Shown here: in pieces, positions 11,800-23,619 of the stretch
Layout of the letters: every line of letters starts with the position of its first letter
How positions within the stretch are numbered: position 1 is the stretch's first letter
Origin: Hemiscyllium ocellatum
Taxonomy: Eukaryota
Length of the DNA stretch: 64,000 nt
Direction: 5' to 3'
NCBI RefSeq assembly: GCF_020745735.1
Contig: NC_083408.1
Coordinates: 30,906,484-30,970,483 of the forward strand
The notes under the pieces: model-generated
What the model saw: the letters and a program-made list of their open reading frames with translations, nothing else
Databases searched by the model: none
Told to the model about the DNA's origin: nothing
Program-made: the position numbers and the translations under genes

Positions 11800-12042
11800 G
11801 ATAGAGTAGACAGTCAGAAGGGTGGAAGGTATAGGGGAGATGTCAGGGGTGGGTTCTTTACCCAGAGAGTGGTGGGGGCTTGGAATGCACTGCCTGTGGG
11901 AGTGGTAGAGTCAGAATCATTGGCGACCTTTAAGCGGCAATTGGATAGGTACGTGGATGGGTGCTTAATCTAGGATAGATGTTCGGCACAACATCGTGGG
12001 CCGAAGGGCCTGTTCTGTGCTGTATTGTTCTATGTTCTATGT
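11800..12042 (+). mobile_element. Relatively young CR1 3' end
   Basis: ttctttacccagagagtggtg...tggaatgcactgcct, tail gggccgaagggcctgttctgtgctgta(t)tgttctatgttctatg; CpGs retained. Confidence 0.88.
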
Positions 12043-13115
12043 AACATTATCTCTCATTTGGAAGATCATAATTTAAACTTCACAAAACCATGTTAATTTA
12101 TGTCTGACAAATGTGTTTTGAGTTCTTATAAAGATGTAATTATCAGGGTGGATAAGGGGAACCACTAGATGTGGTGTATTTACATTTTCGAAAGGCATTT
12201 GATAAGGTGCCATGTAAAAGGTTACTGCATAAGAATAGAGCTTATATATTGGGGTGATATGTTAGCATGGATAGAGGGATTGACTAAATATCAGAACAGT
12301 TCTGATGAAGAGTAATTTCGACTCAAACTGTTAGCTTGTTCTAAATAATTTTCGGTTTGACAAACTGTAATGAGAAACAAATGTTGGGTTTCAACTATTT
12401 GGGTCTGCTGACAATACAATAAAAATGCAATACAGTAAGGGAAGATATGAGTTTGCAAAGTGATATAGATAGGTAGGTGAGTGGCAAAATTTTGGCAGAT
12501 GGATTTAATGAGTCAGTGCATGCTGGTAGGAAGTATAGAAGTGGAGAATATTGTTTAACTGGAAAGCTTGCAGAATGCTGCAGTAGGGGGAGGTCTGGAT
12601 GTCTTCATATATGAATCACAGAAGTTTAGTATGCAAGTACAGGAAGTAATTAGGAAGGTATGTGCAATGTTGGTTTTTATTGTAAGGAGAATGGAATATA
12701 AAGTAGGGAAGTTGTGCAGCACCTGTACAGGGTAGACCACTCCTTGAGCACTGTGAATATTTTTTAGATCATTTTGCTAATGGAAGAATATACTTGATTG
12801 GAAACAGTTCAGAGAAGGATCAGTCAGCTGTAGGAGGTTGTCTTTGGGAAAGGATGAGCAGATTGTGCCTAAACTCATTGGAGTTTAGAAAAAATGAAGT
12901 GATTTGATCAAAATATGAAAGATTCTGAGGGTACATGACAAATTCAATGCAGAAAGGATATTACTCCTTGGTGAAGTCTAGAACAGGGGACTCAGTTTGA
13001 AAGTAATCCCCTATTTAAGATAGAGAAGAGGATAAATTTCTTGCCTCGAAGTGTCATTAATTTTTGATTCCAGAAAGTAATGGAAGCTAGTTTATTAAAT
13101 ATATTCAAGGCTAAG

Positions 13116-14666
13116 TGTAAGGAATATGTTTTTATTTGGAGGACTGAAGTGAGAAAAAGCTGTTTTTAAAAAAAATCAACATTTTGTTGCACGTATTGAA
13201 AAGCAAATAACCTAAGACCCATGGTAGGCATTGTAGGTATCTGAATGAGAAGTTGATTGGTCTATGGGCTAGAGACAGTTATCAGTGACCGAGCTTTTTT
13301 TTCCCAACAACTGCAGGAACAACTTAGAGTTGGGGAAAAAAATTACAAAGAGAAAGTGTTCAGTTCTTTCTCAACAAGGGAACAGTCTATTCTCTGCAGT
13401 CAAACCTCACTGTAAGCCTGAAGTATCCTAGTTTATATTTTCTACAACAGTTGTTGTAAGCTGTGACTTTTAACCGACAAATCAGAAGCTCTTTAATAAG
13501 TGTACCAGCCACCCTGTGTCTCTTACCATCCAGTAGAAGCAACTGATAAAAAACAACTGAAACAACATGCTCACCAGCAAAAGAGTTGTAAGGATCATCT
13601 TAACAACAGTATCTTGGAATAAAGACTAATCAACTGCTTTCTTCTTTCCTTCTGTTAATAACCTATTTTACCTCATTGTTTGTTTGGACAATGACAACAG
13701 AAGACAACGAAGAAAGAAATAAGGAAAGAGAATATTGAATTTGAGTGTAAGCTAGCCAGTAATATAAAAGGAGATTGCAAGAGTTTCTTCAGATATATAA
13801 AGTGCAAAAGAGAGATGAAAATGGATGTTGAGCCATGGAAAATAATGTTGGAGGAGCAGTAATGGGGCACAAAGGAGTGGCTGAGGAACTGAATAAGTAC
13901 TTCAAGTCAGTCTTCACAGTGGAAAACACGAGTAATATCCCAAACATTCATGAGAGTTGGGGGGCGGAGGTGACTCTGGCCAACACCAAGGAGAAGGTGC
14001 TAGAAAAACCAAAAGATGTGAAGATGGACTACACCATTGAAAAAAATAGCTGAAGAAGTAGTGGAGGCATTAATATTGATCTTTCAGGATGTACTGGAGT
14101 CAAGGAGCATCATGGAGGACTGGAAAATCACCAATGTAAACCCCCCCTGTGTAAGAAGGGAGTAAGGCAAAATATGGGAAATTATAGGCTAATTAACCTG
14201 AACTCAGTTGTTGGAAAGATTTTGGAGTCCATTGTGAAGGATGAGATTTCTGAATACTTTGAAGTGAATAGAAAAATAGGGCAGAGTCAGCATGGTTTGA
14301 TCAAGGGGAGGTCATGCCTGACAAATCTGTTAGAATTCTTTGAGGAGGTAATTAGACCAAGGAGAGCCACTGGATGTCATCTACCTGGACTTCAAGAAGG
14401 CATTTGACAAGGTGCTGCAAAGAAGGCTGCTGAGTATGATAAGAGCCCATAATGTTAGAGGACAAGGTACTAGCATGGATAGAACATTGCTTTCTGCCAG
14501 ACAGCCAGAGAGTGAGGATAAAAGAGTCCTTCTCAGGATGGCAACTGGTGACTAGTGGTGTTCCAGAAGGGTCATTGTAAGTTCTTTAAAAGGTCTTTAA
14601 CTTTTGTGATGAATCTAGTAATATCAAGTCTTGATTTCCAACACCTTACCCCGGTGAGGTATAATA
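13116..14666. mobile_element. Solo LTR-like element with a 4-bp TSD, itself containing a CR1 fragment
   Basis: TGTAAG...ATAATA ends (terminal CA probably decayed); TSD taag at 13112-13115 and 14667-14670. Confidence 0.65.
13690..14575 (+). mobile_element. CR1 ORF2 internal fragment
   Basis: AEELNKYFKSVFTVE; GNYRLINLNSVVGKILESI..QHGLIKGRSCLTNLLEFFEEV; ends at SGVP.GS. Confidence 0.9.
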
Positions 14667-16023
14667 TAAGTTAGACAGATATTTGAACCACAAGGAGATG
14701 AGAGTAGGGTAAGAAAGGGGATTTAAGGCCCAATTAGATCAGCTATTACCTTATTGAATGATGGTCTAAGCTTGAAGAGCTGAATGGTCTACTTTTGCTA
14801 CTATTTCTTCTGATCGTATTAGTACACTAAAGGTCAAAAACCACCTCTTTGGAAATGACGTTCTAGCTCAACTTGCTACATTGCTGATTGTTTTCCATTG
14901 TACTTTCTGTCTGTGGGATCAAGGCATTAAATTTGAGTGCAGACATTATGTATGTTTTGCTCAAATGTACTTGAATGGTTGCCTTTGTCTTTTCTTTGCC
15001 TGGACAGTTTCTAAGAACTGCTTTGTCTTGCCTATTTCTTGAACAGGGAATTGCTCAAATGAGGACATCTATTTTTGAGGCTCCCTAGTGATGCATTGAG
15101 ACCAGACAGTGTCTTTCAGCAGTGAGGAAGCCAAGAGGCCTGTTAATGTTTGTGCATTGGGTTGTTAACGATACACATGATTATGAATGGATTTGTTTGT
15201 TTACTCCGATTCTGGGCTCTCAAAAGAAAAGTATAAAGAGAGTTGGATGAAGTGATAGTGTCCCTATCTTTGTGCCAGAAGGCCTAGGTTCAAGTCCCAT
15301 CTATTCCAGTTGTGTGTCAAAATCTGCTTGGGCAGGTTGGATCTAAAAATATCTAAAGAGAGCCTGATTCTCTGAGACAGTAGTGTGATGGTGATCTCAA
15401 TAGATGAGCAGAACAAGCTTGCTGACAGCAAAGTCTGTTGGATGATATTCAGTTTAGTTTGAAGTTAAGACTGATCTGAGTCTTTGGAACCTGACAAAGT
15501 TCACCTCTTCAGGGCTTAATACTTGGTCAGTTTTAGAGACAGTTTCTACCAAGAGAAGAAGAGAGACTTGCAATTTCTGGTGTCTTCCTTACTGATGACT
15601 TAGGTCAGTAAAACATAAAGCTAACTCCAGAAAGAGTTACTAGGCAACTATTAGTATAGAGGTTCCTGCTATAGTATTTTCAAAACCAGCTTTTCTAGTA
15701 TTTAAGGGCCATAAACCCCATATCTTATCTCATTTGTTATTCTTTCTCCAAAGTCATTCAGTTTTTTCTGCAAACAGTAGGTGGCTTAGAGCATACCCTC
15801 AGCTGTTGACCTCATTCTATGATTAAAGTTACATGGTAAACACTTTTCAATCTAGAAAATATCTGAACAATTCCATATTTTTGAATATCTTTTGCAGTCC
15901 TTGAATATAAAAAATATATTCCTAATAATTGGTTGTGTTTAGGAAAAGAGCCTGAGGTACACTGGGCAAACAGCCTGTGAACTTCAGTAAGAGCAATTGT
16001 GATAACAACATTGTTTTTAAAAA

Positions 16024-16216
16024 CTTCTAGGAGAAAGTGAGGACTGCAGATGCTGGAGATCAGAGCTGGAAATGTGTTGCTGGAAAAGCGCAGCAGGTCA
16101 GGCAGCATCCAAGGAGCAGGAGAATCCTGAGGAAGGGCTCATGCCCGAAACGTCAATTCCCCTGCTCCTTGGATGCTGCCTGACCTGCTGCGCTTTTCCA
16201 GCAACATATTTTCAGC
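16024..16216. mobile_element. Family A fold-back element with a hammerhead core at the apex
   Basis: 62-nt arms 16065-16126 and 16155-16216; TSD (c)attgtttttaaaaa at 16009-16023 and 16216-16230. Confidence 0.9.
16123..16158 (+). ncRNA. Minimal type I hammerhead ribozyme motif (PLE type)
   Basis: CUGAGGA (16127-16133), A, GGGC-UCAU-GCCC, GAAA (16147-16150), C, GUC; palindromic ACGU in place of stem III; C.A mismatch at the first stem I pair. Activity untested. Confidence 0.65.
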
Positions 16217-16229
16217 ATTGTTTTTAAAA

Positions 16230-17000
16230 AGCCCATCTGAATTGCTAATGCCCTGAATGGGAGGAAATCTACCATTCTTCACTGGTCTGGCCCACATGTG
16301 ACTCCAGATCCACAGTAATGTGGTTGGGTCTTAACTGCAGTGGCCTAGCAAGCAGCTCACTTCAAGCTGTGTTTTCTGAATAAATCCACTATCAAGGAAA
16401 GAATGGTGTCATGTTTTGTACTGTAAGAGTACATCACAGCCTGGAAATTTTATGGCGAGTAATTATCACCCGCTTCTCAATGCCTGTCCACAATCTGTAC
16501 AAGACACAAGAAGGTGATGAAATACTCTACACTTTTCTGCATAACTGCAACAGTACAGAAGATACCCGACTTCATCTGGAGCAAAGCAGTCTACAGGCTT
16601 GATACCTCATATACTACCTTCAACATTCAGTACCTTCATCACCAATGCATTGTGTCCCATCCATGAGATATGCTGCAGCAACTCCACAGGCTCCTTTGAT
16701 CGTACCTTCTAAAACCCATAACCATGTCCTAGATGAATGAGGGCAGCAGTTGTACTGAAACTCCACCACATGCAAGTTTCCCTCAAAGCCACATCTTAGG
16801 CCAACTTGCAATTATATTGCTGACCTTCACTGTTTCTGGATCAAAATCCTGGAACTCCCTAACAACACCGAGTGTCCCTCTGCACTAAGGACTGCAATGG
16901 TTGAAGAAAGTGGCTCACTTACACCTTCTCAAGAGCCATTAGAAATGGGTAACAAATATTGGCCATATCAATGACTTCCATATTCCATACATGAGTAAAA
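16230..17000 (+). mobile_element. SINE remnant plus LINE 3' end with the (aa)taaatgctggcc-type tail
   Basis: tgtgactccagatccacag.aatgtggtt is shared with 43150-43190. caccacatgcaagtttccctc...tcaaaatcctggaactcc...ggactgcaatggttgaagaa is shared with 29500-29720. Confidence 0.65.
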
Positions 17001-17002
17001 TA

Positions 17003-17265
17003 TCATAGAATCTTAATATAGAAGCAGACTATTCAGCCCATCAAGTGCACACCCACCCTCCGAAGAGCATTCCACCCAGAGATGCCCCCCCACCCTAACC
17101 CAATAACCTTGTCTTCTCCCTGGCTAATCACTTACCTTACACTATGGACAATTTAGCATGGTTGATCCAGCTAAACTGCACATCTTTGGATTATGGGAGG
17201 AAACTGGACCACCCAGAGGAAACCCATGCAGACATGGGGAGAATATGCAAATTCCACACAGACAG
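17003..17265 (-). mobile_element. HE1/V-SINE-like element
   Basis: Reverse V-domain ggaggaaactggaccacccagaggaaacccatgcagac...caaattccacacagac. Confidence 0.8.
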
Positions 17266-17993
17266 TTGACATTTAGCTTGGATCCATTTCACAGGGCCTG
17301 CAAAGTAAGAACGTTATCGATATTTGAAGGCAGCTATCTTCTCCTGTTTATTGTTATTTTGCATCATGAGGAATTTGTATATAATGTTTCCAGCATATAT
17401 TCTCTTGCTCCTGTTTGCTTCTTCTGTAACAATGTTAGACAGATAAAGCCTAAAATAAGTGGAGGGAATTTCTTCCAACTCCCACATCCAACAGGAGTGT
17501 TTACGGAAATCTGTAATTGAAATGTACCAGTTGATTTCCTAGCGATCTGGGCAAGTGAAATCATCCTCTGGGACATTAGGCTCAACTCTTGACACTGTCA
17601 CGGAAACAGATGTTAAGAAGTATCCACGATGAAAATAAGCCAGAAAGTGTTTACAAAAGCATAATATCATACATACAGGAACTCTGAACTGTAAATAGGA
17701 AATGCTAGAAACCACTAGCTGTGGAGAGAGAAATATATACTAGTTCAAGGACCGTGTTGTCGTAACTCTGGTTAAACTTTCCAGCTTTCTGTTTTTACTG
17801 CCCCCTTCCAACTTCTACGTGTTGTGTTCGGCACCCTGACAGATTGCTGCTTGCCTCCATTTCAATATACCATCGTAGAACTAAACGACTACAATTCAGG
17901 ATTTGCAGGAGAGGTTTCAATCTCTTTGCTGAGTTGATTGTGCTTGTTGCAAATGTCTAGAATCAAATTGATGCGTTTATTTGGTTTATATAA

Positions 17994-18762
17994 TGTGATG
18001 AAAACTTATATATTTTTGGGAATTTGAGTTCTAAAGCAAAGGCAAAAAGGATTTTTGGTTTTCAGTGCTGTGGAGGTCTGATCTGTTCTGTTTTTAGGCA
18101 CCAGAAAGTTATTGGCATATAGAGCAAAGATGGTCTTTTTGCAAAATCAGTTGACTTGAGCAGTTGACTCAACAAGCTACCTGGTGTGATAGTTGCTGTT
18201 TATTACTGACTTGAGTTTCCGCTGTCAGGGAGGGGAAGCAGGTTGAGCTCGGAAGAAAAATATCTCTGTTGGCAGAATGGTCGCTTAGTTTTGGCGGCCT
18301 ATAGACCAACAGAGTTAGAAAGAAGTCTTAAACTATTTTAGTGTACAGGACTGAAAAATATCCTTAGCTGTTTTTAAAGGGCTCACTGAGGAAACATTAG
18401 TGAGTTAGCTTGTTTGTTTGACGAAGAGAATCACATCTGGTGAATGTACAGAAAACTGCTGTAAAGAAACCCTCTGTCATCTTCAATTGAGTGAGAAATT
18501 TTGAGGTGGGTAAAAGAACGCTACTTCATTGGTGTTGAGTATCTGTAAAGGATTTTTGTTGGAAAATTAAGTTAGAATTTGATTTCTTTTTTTTTGTCTA
18601 TTAAACTTATGGTCTTTTGTTAAAAGAACACTGGCAGCCTCTTCTGAAAATGATCAGTGACTGATAATGATAATCAAATTGCAAAAATCAACTTCTGGTC
18701 TATGAAGCCAGGTTTTACTGGATCTGACTTGTCAAGTGTTACCATCTGCTGGAATCATAACA
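17994..18762. mobile_element. Solo LTR-like element
   Basis: TGTGATG...CATAACA imperfect inverted termini; flanks ataa/atag; 3' end shared with 4571-5249. Confidence 0.65.
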
Positions 18763-20844
18763 ATAGGGTTACAGGCTAGGGTCAAACCAAGGGGTTCAAC
18801 TCCTTTTTATATTGCATAATCAAAAACTGCATTGCAGGCTGGAATTAAATGCAATGACCTCTTTCTGCAATGTTAGGATTCTACGATTCGGTTGTATAGA
18901 TTCTGTATTCTACCATGTTAAGGTAACTGTTCTGAGGTCACCTTGTACTCTGATGTCATCCATTGAACCTGCCTGATTCCACATTATAGGTTCCATAGTA
19001 GCCAAATTATAAGGGTCACTGGACCCAAAACATCTGCTTTCTCTCCACAGGTGCTGCCAGACCTGCTGAATGTATCCAGCAATTTCTGTTTTCGTTAGCC
19101 TGATCCTTGGTTGGATCTATAACATACTATTCCGGAAAACTGTCCAAAATACATTCTGTTAGTTCTTCCTCCTGGCTGCCTCTACCAATCTGACTATCCC
19201 AATCTACATGAAGATTAAAATCATCCCTGATAAATGTACTACCTTTGTTACATGCTCTCATTATCTCCTCATTTATAAATTGTCACGTTGTATAGCTGTC
19301 ATGTTGTCTTCTTTATAAATTCTTAATTTGTGCATTTGGATTCCAAGTCTTCCACTTGAAGCTCATTCTCATACTTTATTCCGCCTTATAATAACAGCGC
19401 TACCCTACCATCCTTTTCCTTCCTGTCTGTCCTTTTCAAAAGTCACACACCCCTGAATATTTGGTTCCCAGATTTGATCTCCTTGTAGTCATGTCTCAGT
19501 AATGGCTGTAGTGGCGCAACAATAAGGTTAAATAGTTGACTGCCCTAATGGTGCTTGCTGTTAAATCATTGGCAAGCTACTGAAAGACTGCAATGGAATT
19601 ATTTTACCTGAATAACTCATCGTCTTTGTGAAAGGAGTGATGAAAAGTAGGTGAACACAAAAGACGACAGCAGTAATTTTTTGACATTTGTAAGGATTGA
19701 GTTGGATGCCGGTCATGATAAAGAACTTGTAAGGGGCAAAATGAACTCACCCACTGGAAGCCCATCCCCAGCACTGGAGCAGGTTATTTGTATGTCTGCA
19801 TTTTTCTCTCAGCAGTGAGACAAATTGATGGAACTGCTAATGTCACAATGTCCTTTCTCCCCTATCCTGAACAACAAACACTTGCATTTAGATGGCACCA
19901 TGATGCTTCTCAAGGCTTTTTACAGAAGCAATATTGAACAAAATTTGTCACTTACTATCTATATTAGGGCACAAACCTTATCCGCTTTATATGACTCATT
20001 TGCTTATGAGATTTACTTGAAGCAGCAGCAGCGAAAGGCTGAGAGGTTTAGAATGTAGAGTTTAGTTCAGGTTCCATGTCACTGTTAAGACAGCAGTAAA
20101 TTGTGCGATTTCTATTTCCTGGCTCCAACACTGGAATATTCCTTCCCTTCAAAGTTAGATTTGGACATTATGATCAATTTTGGTTTCCTTTGGAAAAAAC
20201 AGTTGGGACATGTCACTTCATGAAATTTACTCTGGAACAAATGTCGGCCCTGGAATCTTAATGAGTGCCTCATATTTATAGCAGAGTGCAATAAACCCAC
20301 ATTATCTACATCTGTAAAAGGCTGGCCCCCTCTTCAGGCAGCTCCATTGTTTTCCCTTTTTTGCACTTGAAGGTTTAAGCACTGAAGGCACAGTGGACGT
20401 AGATCTTGACTTTTTTTTTGACTAAGACAGATCATGATGGTCTATCAGCTGAATAGTTCATTTATATATCTCTTCTCTGGCTCAGAAAAAAAGGCTCTTC
20501 AGCCGAAATTTTCTATTTAAGTCCTTATACTCCACTTGAGTCTCTTCCCCCATCTTTTCTCATCTAAATTTATCTTAGGAACTTTTTTTTGTTCTCTTTT
20601 CTCTCATGCGCCTTTATAGTTTCCCCTTGGATAAAGAAGTTTTTTTCTGCATACTTTACTTAAATGGATTTTCTGCTTATTGACAACCACTATTATGCTC
20701 TTCAACATGAGAAAAGATTATCTCTCTCTCTCAATTGAAACCTTTTCTAACATTAAAGACTTCTAATAGATCGCTCTGCTATTTTTTTAAGAGAGAGGCG
20801 ACTCCGTCTGCCAATCTTTTCCGATATGCATACTCATAGTTTTC

Positions 20845-21100
20845 TGATTTGGAGATGCTGGTGTTGGACTGGGGTGTACAAAGTTTAAAATCGCACAACG
20901 CCAGGTTATAGTCCAACAGGTTTAATTGGAAGCACTAGCTTTCGAAGCGACGCTGATGAAGGAGCAGCGCTCCAAAAGCTCGTGAAGGACTTTCACCCAA
21001 AATGTCAATTCTGCTGCTTCTCGGATGCTGCCTGACCTGTGCTTGTCCATCACCACACTCATGACTTTAATCTCCAGCACCTGCAGTCCTCACTTTCACC
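20845..21100. mobile_element. Family B element fused to a family A element at the hammerhead core
   Basis: B body is similar to 690-790 and carries CTGATGAaggagcagcgctcc(a)AAAGCT at about 20953-20980; it is followed directly by TGAAGG..cccaaaatgtcaatt and an A-type tail. Confidence 0.75.
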
Positions 21101-22134
21101 TGACTGTTTATTATAAATGCAATAATAATGTGCATTGATAAAAGACTTGAATGTTGGAAAACGCACCAAAGTTCTTTGCAGGAGCATTATCAAACAGAAG
21201 CTGACACTGATCCAGATAAAGGAGCTATCAGGATGGCTTGGTGCAAGTAGTAGGTTGTGACAAACAGGTAGGAAGTTTGGGAGAGGGCTCTTGGGACTTG
21301 GGACCTAGGTAGCTGAAGGCATGAATAAAGGGGTAAAGGAAATTTGAGATGTGGAAGAGGCCAGATGAGTTATGATGGTTGTAGAAATATTGGAAAGGGT
21401 GAGGAAGGTTGACAGGACCACGCATTTAGAGCTGGGAAGCCACATGACAACCTCCAGAAATATTCCCGCTTGGCTGTTCAGATGCATGACAAGGCAATAA
21501 CCTGCAAGGGAATGCCTTGGTGTTGCTCATATCATCTGCTCCTTCGCAGCTGGACATTGTGCAAATAAATTAAGTGTATTGCATGTGGAGAAAATATTGG
21601 CCCACACAACAGCCAAATGTTACAGGGAATAGTGTGTCCAACTGGAGATGGGAGTTGAGTGGTGCTGTCATTAAGGGGCATCTCGGCTCCTCCTATTGAG
21701 ATTTTAATCCAGATGGTACAGATCTCGTTATGAAGACTAGGTTGCCAGTTGAAACTGTCCATAACAGATGTGGATTATTTGTGGAGAAATGTGGTAGTCT
21801 GTTCGGAGTTTAAGGACAGGTGGCTAGAGAGGAAGTGCTGCCAATTAAACGAAGGTTTATGTGGATTAATGACCAACTGGGCTCCTGTGGATGGTTGTAT
21901 TTTTGGTTTCTATTTTGGACTGACTTGTTGTTCTTGCAATGTGAATGGTTATCTTTTGGTAGGAAGTGCATATCTTGATGTTGTTTGGGCAGATCGTTTA
22001 GGACTGAGATGAAGAGAAATTACAATTACTCCAAGGATTGAGAATCTGTGAAATTGTCTATCTCACAGGGTTGTGGGTGCTGCTTCAATGAATACATTTA
22101 AGACTGGTACACAGTGACTATGTTGCTAAACTAA

Positions 22135-22290
22135 ACTAGTCCCACTTGCCTGTACTTAGCCCATATCCCTCCAAACCTTTCTTATTTATGAACTTATGCA
22201 AGTGTCTTTTAATCATTGCAACTGTACCCACATCCGTCATTTTCTCTGGCAGTTCATTCCATACATGAGTAACTCGCTGTGAAAGATTGC
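22135..22290 (-). mobile_element. CR1/HER1 3' fragment
   Basis: QRVTHVWNELPE in the minus frame. Confidence 0.8.
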
Positions 22291-23321
22291 CTCTTTCTCC
22301 CCAGAGTTTAAAGGTAGAGAGTTTACCATTTGAAAAGAAAGTGAGCAACCTATTTTCCTAAAAGGTCATCAGTCTTTGGAATTCACATCAGTAGGCAATA
22401 GAAACGTGTCACTGAATATATTCAAGGTTGAATTAGATGGCCAATTTGAGTAAGCCAAAATGGCTCGAGTAGAATTGGTTTAACAAGTCAAAATAGAGGT
22501 TGATGGTTTTAGAAAGAAAATAAAATGATGGCTATGACTGCAGGAGATAGACCTTGCTCCCGAATGGCATACTAACAGGGCCTCTGCGCCCAAACCCAGC
22601 AAAAAGCTCTCCCCCCAACTCCATTCCTGACACTGGTTTAAGCTGCCAACTCACCACAAATCAACTTTTCTTCTTTATTAATCTTGGCTCTGTGCTAGTT
22701 GAGTCCCATGTGACAGTCTGTCAACCTAAACACTGGGTGTCGCACAGCACTTGAGGCTTATGGACTTTGAGGCAGAAGGTGCAGGGTTTAAAACTTGCTT
22801 GAGTTAGTTCCGCCTAGTGGAGACCAGAACTGTGGGTCTGAAACATCAAGAAAGCAAAATTGCAACTGGTGCTTGTGGCAACGAGTGAAAATCCTCCTGA
22901 TGTATGTACCCAACTGTGGGCAGTAGTAGTACACAAGGTCTGAGTTCAAGTCCTAACTATTTTAGAATTAATGTTAGAACATGTCTGAAGTTGATTAAAA
23001 CTATCTATAGACTTAACCACCTTATTGACCAATTGAAAGAGAGTGTGACTGTGGAAGAAGTGTTCCCAGCATGGCAGTCTCTCTGGTCTGGCATAGCCTC
23101 AGCGTGGTCTCCCACATCGAGGTGATTTCCAGAGTGATGTCCTAACCTCATGAACCTCGAGGTGAAGTCCGGCGTTGTCTGGAGTCAGGGCACGGTGTGG
23201 ACTGGTGATTAGGTGCCAGCATGAACTGGGTTGGAAAACCATTGTTCTGACCTTTACTTGCTGCAATGCTGAACATTTTATTTCTCTATTTACTAAAATA
23301 AATTACACTCTATTTAGTGAG

Positions 23322-23548
23322 CAGCACGGTGGCACAGTGGTTAGCACTGCTGTCTCACAGCGCCTGAGACCCGGGTTCAATTCCCAAAGATGTGCGGGTC
23401 AGGTGAATTGGCCATGCTAAATTGCCCGTAGTGTTAGGTAAGGGGTAAATGTAGGGGTATGGGTGGGTTGTGCTTCGGTGGGTTGGTGTGGACTTGTTGG
23501 ACCGAAGGGCCTGTTTCCACACTGTAAGTAATCTAATCTAATCTAAAA
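23322..23548 (+). mobile_element. HE1/V-SINE-like SINE with an internal deletion
   Basis: A box tggcacagtgg, B box ggttcaattcc, and tail gaagggcctgtttccacactgtaagt(aatct)n. Confidence 0.88.
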
Positions 23549-23619
23549 TGTTGTAATTAAAGAAGCTGTACCTAGGTACCTTTTGTAGCTAAGATATTGC
23601 TATAAGTTGCAATGTGTAC

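Larger units (their letters stand above)
12070..14815 (+). mobile_element. Old CR1 LINE (12070-13115, resuming at 14667) split by an LTR
   Basis: gatgtggtgtatttacattttcgaaaggcatttgataaggtgcc (DVVYL.F.KAFDKVP). The host reads ttcaaggctaag|...|taagttagacagatattt. Confidence 0.8.

Noticed and set aside
23322-23385. tRNA gene (A and B boxes present)
   Set aside because: It continues directly into a SINE body and tail; the same applies at 33951, 54764, 57565 and 42937.
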